DNA of 64,000 bases from Moniliella sp. 'wahieum' (Eukaryota): assembly GCA_003971905.1 (NCBI GenBank), contig RSEE01000067.1:124001-188000 (forward strand), written 5' to 3'. Below, in pieces: positions 24,101 to 39,240 of the stretch (within the stretch, counting starts at the first letter, position 1; each line of letters opens with the position of its first letter). Both the position numbers and the translations under genes were made by a program. The notes beneath the pieces were generated by a model. The model was not told the origin of the DNA, did no database searches, and saw only the letters and a list, made by a program, of their open reading frames with translations.

Positions 24101-25772
24101 GGCGGCCAACGTATGATTGTTTATTACCTGGGCGGGGGGTCCGAGACTACCGCTCGTCTCTCTGCTCCTGAACTTCATCACTCCGCATCATCTACTTCTG
24201 TATTGGGTGTTGGCTCTTCTGGCTGGTGTCTCTCTACTGCACACTCTTTCTGACCGCTGGTCTACTGCTTCGACTGTGGAGTTGTGGCAAGCAACGACCA
24301 TCGACTCGGATCAATCCAATGTCCCCAAGGCTGAGGCTAAGGAGATGGTCGAGATAACATTGTCGTCGATTCGCCAATACGGAACGGACACGACCAAGCT
24401 GAGCGAGGTGGTGGCGGCCAAAGCTGAACGAGAGTCATGGTGGGAGCGACGGTCACTGGATTGTGCTCGTGGCCAATGGGTTTGCCCAGCAGGTGGAGTC
24501 ACACGCCACACGTTGGCTCCTTTTCAATGTTGACACTGTTTACTTTACTCTGTTCTATACGGTGAACCACTCGTGGCGTGCGGGCTTCAGCCGATGGCTC
24601 TCCCGCCGGGTCAATGATGCGCATGACCGGATCGCTGCGGTTAGTGAGACGCTGACCGGGATGACGTCTGGCCTGACACTCTGGCACCAAATTGGGGACG
24701 ATACCCGCAGTTTGTCTGTCGAAGAACTTCGTAAGGCGACGACGTTCGAGGGAAGCACACTGGGCGGTGACGAAGCCGAGATGGTATACACGCTTACCTA
24801 CCAAGCCATCCGTGAACACGGCGAGTCGAAGCAAGCGCTAGACGGCTGGCTTATCGCTCAACTTAACCAGCACAGTGGCGGGTGGGAGGTGATTGTCGCG
24901 GACAAGTATGCCGATGCGGTGAAGCAAGCGGATACGGTGGCAGGCTACACATTTTTCCGGGTAGCGGCCTACTACTTCACCATCTATCGCCTAGTTTCGG
25001 TTCACCATGCCACGATCGCACCTGAGGCGGTGGGAGAGTTTGGCCTGGCCAACACAATAAGGTCCAAGACACTGCGCGAGTTGACGGCGCACTCAGAGTT
25101 TGTCGAGGTGGCATCTCCTTTGGACGAGGCGGACCGCACGTTGGCTCTCGATCTGGCTACCCGCAGCATTCATGCTCACGGCGAGTCCAACCTAGAGATG
25201 AGCAAGGCGATGGTGCGCAATCTGACCCAACGCACGGGGCGCGAAGGCTGGCTGGTCTGGGTGAGTCAGTCGAGCTTTGTGGCACCCCCAGCAGGAGCAC
25301 GCTATGTCTACTTTGTTATCTTTGGGTACTACTTTACCGTGTGTGTACTCTACGGAGCCGGCGCCGCCTCGGACGTTGCGCGCGGAAAGCTCGAACTCCT
25401 CCCTCTCCAGTCTGTCCCTCGCCGAGCTCCCTGCTTCCTTGCAGGGGGTGGGACTGCAAGAGTTGAAGACCTACATTGAATTGCACGAATCGACGCTGAG
25501 CACATCGTACCGCGACGCGGTGCTGGAGACGGTGGTCCAGGCGTTTGCACCAGCACCATGCATCTCCAACGAAGGTGCGCAGCTTCACTACAACCTATCT
25601 TGACAAGACCACCAAGCCCGGGTGGCACCTCCATATGGGCTCTACTTTCACGCCACATGAACAGCTCAGCGCCGAGCACGTTCTCTTCGTTCTACACGGC
25701 GTTCACTTCTCTGTTTGGCGCACTGACCCCAAGAAGCACCACCACAGAGGATGGCTTCACAAGTTTATCTGA
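15167..25772 (+). CDS. Giant multi-domain protein with ~18 tandem dynein light chain (LC8/DLC1)-like domains and an acidic Thr/Val/Glu-rich spacer
   Basis: Repeated helix-helix-GW(H/Q/E/L)xx(V/T/M)-beta-beta units such as TEVYALAGSALALYGSSAIQVANYIQDKIALSPLFAEGWHIHTGTSFS..VDFVVAGQCFTLYF, paralleling LC8 ([61 protein letters not shown]); ORFs join via 1-nt indels and GT-AG introns (~17094-17169, 19695-19767 and its copies, ~24044-24095). Confidence 0.7.
19071..24015 (+). repeat. Near-identical intragenic tandem repeat, unit ~1.45 kb, ~3.4 copies
   Basis: Unit starts at 19071, 20522, 21969 and 23420 (periods 1451, 1447, 1451); each unit holds three DLC-like domains and a ~72 nt intron. Confidence 0.95.
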
Positions 25773-26279
25773 TTTCCAAACCTGATTCATCTTTCCACTA
25801 CATCACCTAGGAAAAGCCGTGACCAATGGGATATATACTAGGGTACTTGTGGGCTTGCTACATGGCAGCGAATGTTGTGATACAAAGCTCCGAAAAGTGG
25901 GTGGGTTAGTGAGATGAGGAACGGGAGTGTGTACACATCGTGCTCTCAGGCCTCAGGGAACCTCAGGCTAATAGCTACGGGGTGGAGTGGGGTTCCTAGG
26001 GCTCGCTCACCTTAGTATAGATGGTAGGACGAAGCGCGCACTAATGGGACCCCGCTCCGAGGTCGCCACCGCACACAGGCTCAAAAGCTTGAGTTTACAC
26101 GCCACAACAATAACCCAAATACGGCAGCGTCCACCTGACTACTCTCGATCTATGTAGGTGTCATGTTCCTGCGACACACGAGGCCAGCCTTGCCACCACC
26201 TCACCATTCCTACACTGCGCCATATCTGATAGCTTCACGGTGACCCACCAACCACATTGACCACACATCTTCGACACAT

Positions 26280-27600
26280 ATGAACAGCATCACGTCGGCA
26301 GCGGAGGAACCCGCACCAAAGGGCGTCATTGTCCACCTTTCCTCTATCATCCCAACGAACTGTTCGTCTACATGATCAACGAGACCATGTATGGGGCCTC
26401 TGCGTTCGCTCTGCTTGCGTGGGAGTACGTGCACTTGTGATGACCCATATATTCTCGTGTGCTCGTTTTTGGGGTGGGAATTTCGTTGACTCGAGTGGGA
26501 CTGGACACAGTACGTTGGTCACCTGGCCTACTGAACTCAAGATGTACCACGAGCGAGGGTGGAAGTTTCCCGTCACCCCTCGTTCCTCGTCGCACGGTAC
26601 TCTTTTGGTGTGTTAATATCTCCTCTCTTCGTCTCTCCATATGACTCCTCTCATTTTTGTCTTTCGCTCTCTATTAACAGTTGGTGGTGTGGGTGTGCTT
26701 GGACGGCACAGTGGCCATCTCCTTGCACTTATACGTCGAAATCAACCCGAATTGGACCTCGAAGCGGTGCTTTTACTCGGGTCGCATAGGTGTCATCACC
26801 GGCGCGGTGGTCACCTCGGCGGCGTCGTTGATATTTGCCACCCGCACATGGGTTCTGTGGGACCGCAAGTGGTGGGCTCTAGGGGTGCTGGCTGCTCTCT
26901 GGTCAGCCCAACTGATCTTCAACATGGTGGTATCAAACTGGGTCTCGCCCGTCGTGAATGAGATGGGGCTGTGTCTGTTGTCCATGTCTCCGCCACACCA
27001 GACAACTTACTGGTGAGTCAAAACCCTTCATCAGTGTGTTTTCTTCATTTACGCGTATGTGCATTGTATGCCAGTACAGGACTAACGCGATCCCAGGTTC
27101 TACTATGCCTGTAACATCATTTACGATACCCTTATCACTATCGTAGCGCTAGCGGCTATGGTACGGGAAGGGCGGACAACAGGACACTGGATCAACATGT
27201 TCCAACACAGTCTCCTCTCGGACGGCATTATCTACTTTATCTTAGCCTTGGGCATCAACCTGATCAACACACTCTTTCTTGTCGTCCGTCCCGGGTGGTC
27301 GTACGGTGGAATGAACAGCGACATGGCTGTCGCCGTCACATCCATTGTGTCGTGCCGGTTGGTTATGCGCAAGCTGGGTGTCGGCCTCGAAGTGGGCCGT
27401 ACTTGAAGAAGACTATTAACAAGAAAGACGACACTATTAATGCTGCTATACTACCTACACATGCCGTCCTGCCCCCACCTTCATAACCTTCCCGGTGCAG
27501 CAATACGGAGCAGAGGACAGCACTGCTGCAACGACATCCTGGCCGTCGAGCGTCTCATTGATGCCGGACACAGGTGTGGCAGACACATCCAAGTGAGGGA
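26280..27600 (+). CDS. Multi-pass membrane protein (basidiomycete DUF6533-like / 7TM-like family)
   Basis: Hydrophobic helices with IFATRTWVLWDRKWW, NIIYDTLITIV, LLSDGIIYFIL and TSIVSCRLVM patterns; several short introns; C-terminal end uncertain. Confidence 0.6.
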
Positions 27601-28314
27601 CGTGTCTAGCAGGCCCCCTTCCCGTGGTTATACGTGTATGGCTCTTTTTCTCGTCGGTTCCGTTTCGCCCTCTTTTGTTTCGATTCTCGTTTCTCTTCCT
27701 ACCCCAACACTGGATGTTGCGAGGTATGGAGCCCTTAGAACAACTGATTTTATCAGGCTCAACTACAAACCATGTTGTCCGAAGCTAGCCCAAGGGAGGA
27801 CAAAATAAGGGGTACAAATATATATAGCGGCTGTGCCCGACACGCGTCGTCTGCTGAGTAGGAGGAGCGATACGTATGAGCCCACAACCCAGCAGCCTCG
27901 CAGGAGGGGGGCAGTGTTGGCGGATGCGCGTCCCAGCACTGGCCCGTGCCTGCCTGGCCCTGCGCCGTCCACAGCCGGTGGCTCCGCGCGGCGGGAGGCT
28001 GCCGGCCACGTGACCGCAGGGCACAGGCGCTGTGGGCAGATCGGCAGGCGGTGCCGTTAGGGTTGCCACGTGCCCGCGCGGCGCCAGTTGTTGCGGCCGC
28101 CCCCACTGCCCCCCGCCCGCCCGGTGCCGCTCGCGGGTGGGGGGAGGGGCGGCGCGCCAATCCTTCAATCCTTCTCGGGTCCGGCGTGTTCGCAGGAGCT
28201 CTCTGGACACGAGCGGTGGCGAACTCTGGCAGATCCCACCAGACCAGACCCAACCCAGCACCAAAAGGACGCCAGCCGCGTCGTCTTCCGTCCCCCCTCC
28301 CGCCTCTCCTCGCC

Positions 28315-29412
28315 ATGGCCCGCAACTCGGCTGCCCTGCCCGCCCCCGCCCACGTCGGCCCCCGCGACGCCGTCCAAGTCCAAGTCCAAGTCCAAGTCCA
28401 AGGCGGCAAGAAAACCAGCAACAAGGCCCAGAAAGAGCCATCCCCATCCTGCGCTGCGCTGGTCCAGTTTGTCGAGCGCGAGGGCCACTTTAGCTTGGTC
28501 CGCAACTTCCATTGGCCGATGCGTTACTCTCATGAACGGCTTCTGTGGCGCCCAGAGCATTTTTGCCTCGGGCCGCTATTTGCTCACTCGGACCCCATCC
28601 ATGCCTGGCACGCCCTTTGGTTCCCACTCATGGGTGCCGTCTTCGATTTGCTTGACGGCCGTGTCGCGCGCTGGCGCCGCTCCTCCTCCCTTCTGGGCCA
28701 GGAGCTGGATTCGCTGGCGGACTCGGTGAGCTTTGGCATGGCACCCGCGTTTGCGGCGTATGCGTTGGGGATGCGCACCTACCTCGACTCGATGGTGCTC
28801 ATTATCTTTGTCTGCTGCGGCATTGCCCGCCTCGCTCGCTTCAACGTTACTGCCGCCTCCATTCCTCACGACAAGAGTGGCAAGGCCATACTTTGAAGGC
28901 TTGCCCATTCCCTCCTCGCTCATCCTCGTTGGCGGCATGGCCCTTTCGCTGCGCTATGGCGCCGTCGATGCTGGGCCAGTTGGACCAATTGAGAGCCACC
29001 ATACCCAGCTCTTTTCCGAGCAGCCTTCGCGTCTGCTCCGCTGGGCTACTCACACCTCATCGGCACCGACCCCAATCCCAATGCTGTAGGTTGGTGTGGC
29101 GCGCTGGCCTCCCCCGCGGCTCAGGCTGCTCGGGAAAGCAAGCGCGCCCTTGGCCTCTCCGTTGTGCCAGGGGGCACCGTGGAGCTTGATCCGGCTCCAG
29201 TGGTGGTCGCATTGTTTGGGGTACTAGAACAGGTCAAAGCATTGGTTGCGCTCAAGGTGCCGCAGGTGGCCCAATGGCCTGCCCTGCCCAGCCCGGACAG
29301 CGTCACATCCTGGACCCAGTCCCACCTTTACACCACCGTTCACGTCATGTCCTTCTTGTGGCTCGCATGGGCTATGGCCCTGGTGTCCAACGCTCAAGTG
29401 CCCAAGCCCTAA
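28315..29412 (+). CDS. CHO1: CDP-diacylglycerol--serine O-phosphatidyltransferase (phosphatidylserine synthase)
   Basis: GHFSLVRNFH, TLMNGFCG, FDLLDGRVARWRRSSSLLGQELDSLADSVSFG (CDP-alcohol phosphotransferase motif), RLARFNVT, YFEGLPIPSS. Confidence 0.92.
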
Positions 29413-29596
29413 TGGGCTGGATGCCGGTAACGGCGGACTGGAACCGCCATGGCGTCCACCCGTGGTAACCCAGTCTACTAGCTCCTGGTTATATTCGGTT
29501 GAATCTCATCAACCTTCCCTCGCCCCCCCCATCCTCGCTGCCGTATAGCTGGTTTCAGTGCTGCTCCTTAGGTACCCAGCGCCATAGATTTCCGTG

Positions 29597-31883
29597 CTAT
29601 AAATCATGTTCCAGTTCTAGCTCGAGATCGTCTGCAAACGCATCAAGATCCACGCTGTCCCCTGCTTCGCTCTGCGTCCGACTGGGACGCACACTTGAGC
29701 TCGACAGGCGACGTACAACCGGAGAGGCGGCCTGCGTGGAGCGACTTCGTGGCTCTTCCTCCTCCTCTTCTTCCGCCGCTACTGTCTCATCCAGGGTGAG
29801 CGAATGCTTCAGCCTGGACTGGCCCTTCCGTGCCTCAGCCATCTTACGCCGCTTGCTCAGGGGCGAGAGACTGGCCTCATCCGGATCAGGGGTGTATCTC
29901 CTTTTGGGCGAGAGTGGAGGCGCCGAGGGAGCTACCGACGATGCTCGACTCTCCTCCTCCTCATCCTCCTCTGACTCATCATCCTCATCCTCGAGAAATG
30001 CATCAATCTCATCTGCCGCCACGCCCCAGTCCATGTGGGAGATAGACAAGTCAGGATTGGGCGCGGGTGTGCTGGCACGGGAACGGGGCTCAAGCGGCAG
30101 ACTGTACGCCCGTTCGGGCAAGCGCGTCCAGTGGGCCACACTGGCATGCAACCAATCGGGATAGACAATGTGGGGAACACCGGCTCGTTGGGCTAGTCGG
30201 ATCTTCTCGGTGCCTGGGCGGGCGGCAACAAGGTGGGTGACAAGCGGCGTAACTTCACTCTGGACGTGGGCACCGAATTCTTGCGCGGCACGCACGAGCG
30301 GTTGAGCAAACGGGTCCGTGTCGAGAGGGACTCCGCTGAAAACGATGGTGCAGCCGTCCAAGACACGCGCTTTGATCCCGGCAATGATTTCCTCCACTTG
30401 GGGTTTGCCTTCCGTCCCGCCAGGGACGTGGTGGGTGGCATCCCATTGCGCATACCACGCAGCATGGATCGATCCTAGCACCTCAGCCACTCTCGGTAGC
30501 TCCTCATCGTCGTCCCTTAGCACACGGGGCCGAACCAAATCCGAATCCGAGTCATGTTCAGCCTCGGCATCTTGTTCTTGCAAATCCTCTGCCTCCACCA
30601 AGCCAAGACCAAGACCAAACTTATCCCCCTCTTGCAACGTCTGCCCACTCGGCGTCACCTCCATCTGGCTCAGCGACGCTGTCTCATGAGTTGGCTCGGT
30701 CCGATCTTGCTCGAGTGCATGCTGCATCTTAGCCAAGGGGCGGTCGTCCATCTGCGCCACAAGGGCCGCTTGCACCGCTTTCTCCGGCGCATTCTCGTCT
30801 ACCCCGTCACCTGCACCTTCCTCCTCAGGAGCAGGCACAGGTACAGGCACAGGCGCAGAATCAGGATTGGTCGTTGTCTCCGCGGTCTGCTCAGGATGCG
30901 GCTCAGTCTCTTCGTCCGTCACATCGTCGTCCTGTTGGTCCGCAGTGCCAGGGGCCGGGGGAAGGAAGGAGGCATTAATGTCGCCAATGCCAACAAAGAA
31001 TTCGTACGGGATCACCTTGACCAAGTTGGGACTCCACTTCCATACATCGGCTCGGTCGTCAATAACGACAACCATGCTCGTGTCCATAGGAAACAGGCGG
31101 GAAAGCGACTTTTGCAACATCGTTCCGTTTTCGTCACGGGAGAGGATGCGAGCCCCAAAGAGCGTGCCGGTGGGGTCGACTAGTTGGCACACGCAGTCGG
31201 CGTAGGAGCGCGTGCCCATCGTGTACACGTGTAGCTCGTACTTTTTCGCCATGGCGGAGAGAAAAGACTGGAGGCCCTTGCGAGGCTTTACATAGTACCA
31301 GCATCCCTCGGGGCCTTCGTCCCACTCGTCGTCGGTGCCCGAGTTGGAGTCAGAGGCATGGGTGTGCGGCGGAGTGTGGCCGGAGACGTGGCGCTGGGCC
31401 CGGGCGGCGAGAACGGAGTAGGGCTCGACGCGCAGGACAGTGTGGCCATCGCTGGCCAGCTTAAACCGACCCACGCCTTCGAGAGCGGGGTAGTTGGGGT
31501 TGGTCGGGTCGCCCATCCATTCGCCTACGGTAGGGTCGACAGTGGCGTGGATGACGGTCTGGTCGAGGTCGATGATGAGAGCCAGGCGGCGCTGGTCGAG
31601 CAGCTGCTGGGTGGCCTCGGTGTCGAGCCGTTTGGCCTCGGAGCGGCTGACTTTAGCCGGCGCTGCTGTGGGCCATGGCGATCGACGTCTGGCTCAGCCC
31701 GGCCGGGTCGAGCTCCTGGCCGCACACGGCCACAGGCCGGCGACCTGGACGGGGTGCGTGCACGCGTCGCCGCGGGCGCGCCAGAGGAGGGGCGGCGGCG
31801 CCGGGCGGGCGGAAGCCAGAGCGGGCGGCGTGTGCGCGCGGAGCCCCGGGACGGAAGGTGCGGGGAGGCGGCGGTGGTGGCAT
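29597..31883 (-). CDS. FCP1: RNA polymerase II CTD phosphatase Fcp1 (FCPH + BRCT)
   Basis: LIIDLDQTVIHAT (DxDxT), WYYVKPRKGL, YELHVYTMGTRSYA, MVVVIDDRADVW, BRCT VTHLVAARPGTEK..VYPDWL. Confidence 0.93.
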
Positions 31884-34800
31884 GGCGGAGATGCGACGGG
31901 ATGGGTCTGGGCTGGACCGGGGGCGCCCAAGGGTGGTAGTGGTGTGGCAGACGAGCGATGGCACACGTGACCGGGTCCAGCCCTCGGATTTGCATTTTGC
32001 ATTTTGTTTTGTTTTGTTTTTTCTTTTTTCTTTGCGTGTCTCAGGCTGCGTCTGCGTTTCCTGATTGGCACAGCTATTCGGAAGAGGGTGCACGTGCCAG
32101 CCGCCCCCGTTGCGTCTGGGGCCCCACACGCTGTCCTCCTGTTACTAGGGTCTTCACGCTTCCAGCGTTCACCATCAAGCTCTAGCTTCCTTGTCGGCCC
32201 TACGAGTGTTAAATCGGCCTCGGAAAACTGAGTGACGGATCGATCGATCAAGTCAAGATCAAGGTTCAACACATTCAAGTACAAGCGAAGATGAAGTAAA
32301 AGAAAGGCCGCGGAGTAACTACAAAAAATTGCCTCTTGGCCGAATCGAACGACCGATCTTCTCATTACTAGTGAGATGCTTTACCACTGAGCCAAAGAGG
32401 CTTGCTGTTTATGGGTTGTTTGCATGGTGTCCAAGCATGCACAATGAAAAGTGAGCCACGAGCAGGTTAGGAACCCCTGGCGCCCTCCCCCATCCAAACC
32501 GGATGTAGCGCACGTGGGTACGAATGAGCGTAGCAGACATCTGAGCGATGAACCGTCTCCACAATGTGACACAGACTCATCTCGACCGGTTAACTCTCAC
32601 AAGTGCCCAGCCATCTCCTTCATCGCCTTGGTAGCATAGTGTCCTCAGAGGAAGAAGGGTTCTTGGGTGCGTCCGTGGCACTTGGAAGTTCTTGTCGCAT
32701 TCTGCTTCTTGTCCCAATAGTAAAAGCAGCTCCTTCTTCCGGCATTCCAAAAGGCAATTCTGTGGTTCTTTGGCCTCTGTACCGCGCTCCCATACGCGGA
32801 CATCGCCTCTATTGTGTCCGGACCCGCAACTACGTATAATGTCCTGAACTTTGTTGGGTTGCAGGGATGAGATCTCCCAAAAGGGAAATGAGGATAGAAG
32901 GAGAGCCTTTTGCGACGGCCCACTCAGGAGGTTTTGTACATAAAGATTCGAGTCTTATTAGGTAGTGCATAAAAAGGAGACATTTATAGGCCTCTGTAAG
33001 CCTGTGGTGATCGGTGAATGTTGAGCCACCGGGTGGCTCGAGTGTTTGACCAAGACCCCTTGAAGCTCTCCTCCGGCCTCTAAGGCCTAGGAGTTCCGTT
33101 GTTTTCTCCCTTCCTTTCCCTGTTCCGCAGCCGACACTTACATATAGCCCCTATGGTGGCGACTGATATTGGCTGCTTGTGATGTTCATTTGTTAGGTGT
33201 TGTTGGTTGGGTTCGACTATACCACCGCCGCCACTATAGTGTGCAACTGCATCCCCATCTCGACGACCACAATACTGGACACCGGACTCCAAGCTCCAAG
33301 TCTCAGATCTCATCATACATCAGTGAAGCCGTGACGGAACTGTGCGGCGGTTGTCCGATGATTTCGATAAGTAGACCGAGAGTGTGTTACGGGCTGGACC
33401 GGCCCCGTGGCAGGGTGAGATGACATGGAACGCCGCACAAGTGTTACAGGGACGCACCTGCGAGATCTCTGCTCTTGCCCTGTGTCCACACACATGATGT
33501 GCATGATGAGATGATGCGAGAGCGCTTCAGAGTCCTTCCCGCTATAGATCCGTTCTGTGAGAACAAAGAACGTCAATGGTGGAGAGAGTCTCTGAAGATC
33601 TGAAGCTTGAAGCTTGATGCATGCACTTGATGGTCGATGGTTCGCCTATCTCCATTCGGTGTGTTCTCAGGTCTCACTGGCTCACCACCACCCCTTTTTG
33701 TCGTCACATGTCACATGCATGTCACACATGCCATGCATGGAGGGGTTCTCTACGTTCTTGTGTGACATGTGAGATCGGAGATCCGCCCAATGTGACCTAG
33801 TGACGCCGTGACATGGGACGTGTGACCTGTGACCTGTGATGCCGAGCATGTGGTTGAGAAGCGAGAGCAGGGAAGCATGGATTGTAAACGCTGGGAACGT
33901 TGCATATGAGCTTGCCGGTTACCGGTTCCCAGGTTGAACACATCTCAACGTTTGTTTGTGGCCATAATGCAATCAATGGCCGATCATATGATCAAGCACA
34001 TCGTGCACAGCACGAGGCTGAAGGAAGCTTGAAGCGCTCAGGCTGAGCCTTCAGCCGCTGAATGAAGGAAGGCTGAAGCACACTGAAGTACTTTTGATTA
34101 TACTGATGTACTGATGGCACTGCGTTGATGATCGATGTCGATGAGTACTCAGTGAGTACTGAGATCGATGAGACCGAGTACTCAGTTACTCAGTACTCAG
34201 TCTGAGTACTGAGACTCAGTACTTAATCCTCACAGTACTCAGTATATTCAACACTCCCTCCCAACAGTAAAAAAACTCAACACTCAACACGTACTCAGTT
34301 ACTCAAAGTTCAACGTTCAACGTCCCCTAGTAACTAGTAACTAGTAACGGAGTATTCTCAGAGACGCCAAGCGCTTCATCTTGAAGCGGGAGATCTGGGC
34401 TTGATCGATGATTGATGATTGAATATTGATGCCCAAGCGCTCACGCTTCCAGTCGACCTGGCTTTGACAGCCCAGCAGGAGCGCCTGAGCCCTTTTTGAG
34501 CGTAATAGAGCTCTGCTTTGCATTCATATCATTCATGGCAAAACGCACGTATAAGACAGAGGGACAAAAATATAGATGCTGTTGACAGGCTGATGCGCTG
34601 GCGCCCTCCAAGGGCGAGAGTAATCTTCAGACCTTGGTACTGTTGCAGTGTTTTAAACCAGTATGACCTTACGTGGCCCGTAGCGCGTGCATCCGTGGAG
34701 GGGGAGCGTCTGGGTGGGTAAGAGGGGTGCGGGCTGGTGATGCAGAGACCTACCACATATGATGTCACATGGCACACGGGATGGCTCGATGGCAGCATCG

Positions 34801-35676
34801 CCTCAAGCTTCAAGTTGAAGCTTCAAGCTCTTCAAGCCCAATCGCCCTGGGCCTGGGCCTGGAAAGGGAAGCGCCATCTGGGCTATTCAGGAAATAAGGA
34901 GACCAGTGCGCCAGAGCAGCCTGGACAGCCTGGGCGCGCCGCAGATGGGGGTGCAGCAGGGTGCAAGGCAGCGTAGCGCGCGAGGCCTAGGATGCGTGGT
35001 GAGAGGGCACGTGACATGGCTTCGGCTTTGCCCGGCGACGCGCCGGACAGAGCGCACTGAGTACTGAGCGCACTGAGCGCCTGAGCGCCTGAGCAGCACT
35101 GTGCGCGCGTCTGGACAGGCGGCACCTGCGCTGTGCTGCGGCTGCCCCCCGGCCCAGGTGGATACACCCATGGCATCCCGCATGGGGGCAGCGTTCGGGC
35201 GTGCCCTGGTGGGAGTCGGTGGGTGCGTGCTGGCCCGCGGCACTGGCGCCGTGCCTGCCCCCCGTGGGTCTGGCTGGTCTGAGATCGGGACGGTGTGAGA
35301 TCTGACCGGTGACGGTGCGCAGAGGAGTATGGCGTTGTTGTACATGCAAGCGCCACAGTGCCCGCCGGCTTCCCAGCAGCGAGCAGCTCTCATGCGCATG
35401 CGTCTCACCCAGTGTACAACACCCTGGCTGCAGCGCCTGCGACTGCCCCCTGCTGCGCCCGCGGCGAGCAGCGCACGCGCTGGGCTGGCCAGGGACCGAC
35501 TGTCTCCTTCCAGGGTGTCTTTCTTCTCGGTCACCTAGCCATCACTCTTCTTTCCGTTTCCACCGGCCCTCCATCTCCTGTTCTTGCTCTTCCTCCTGCT
35601 CCTTGCTCCTGCTGCTCCTGCTGCTCCTGCTGCTCCTCCTCCTCCTCCTCCGCCCTCCTATTCTCCCCCCATCGCC

Positions 35677-38442
<2,766 letters not shown>

Positions 38443-39155
38443 GCCCTGCGCCCTGCTCCTAGCGCCCTAAGCGCCTAAACCGGCTTCCTTCCTGCTGCTG
38501 CGCTGGCATGCTTGCCTGACCAACCTAACCCACTCTCGGGCGTGTTTCTCTCATTAGGCTGATTCTCACTGCCTATTCCGTGTCCCTTTTCAGTAACCTT
38601 GGCACCTCCCCCTCCTACCCCCGTGCCACTTGCCCGTTTTGTTCCGATACCATCTCATCCATACCGCACATTGCCTGGTCTCGCTTGTTAAAACGGCCAG
38701 AGCAAACAGCACCTTAGTTCTCACCTTTTCAGAAGCTGTAGAGGAAAACTGACCATGGTGCTATTAGGGCATTCAAATATGGGCATGCACGTCCATCCCG
38801 GCTGTGCATCATGACCTCACAGTGAGAGGGTTGTCTGTTGAGCGGAAGACTCTCTAAAATGATCGTATAGGATAGCTGGAAGAACGAAGAGAGAGAATGA
38901 TGGTACAGGGGTTACCCAATAACAGCGGTATAATCGCAGGGCAAAGAGTATGGGCGAAATCAACGCTGAGGCGTTGACCGTTACTTTGAAGTCTGGTACG
39001 AGACAGATGGGCTGCCAAGCCAGCTGGACTTGGCTCTGCTCTCAATGGACTGGCGTCTTCAATCGCCATGCTCTTCCATGGTGCAGGAGGAAAAGGGGAG
39101 GAAAGACGATACGCATCATTATTGGTGAAAAAATGTAAGGTCACCGTTTATATAA

Positions 39156-39240
39156 GCTTCAATGGGTTAGTGGTATTCTATATCGTTGCCATCACGAAGT
39201 GTGCGTCGATATGACAGGGGTTCGATTCCCCTTTGAAGCA
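39156..39240 (+). tRNA. tRNA-Gly(GCC) with ~14 nt intron
   Basis: Acceptor GCTTCAA/TTGAAGC, anticodon stem TATCG/CGATA around TT-GCC-A, T-arm AGGGG-TTCGATT-CCCCT, followed by TTTTTT. Confidence 0.92.

Noticed and set aside
34140..34245. CRISPR-like array
   Set aside because: Eukaryotic context; repeats are 6-10 bp with no regular spacers and no cas genes.
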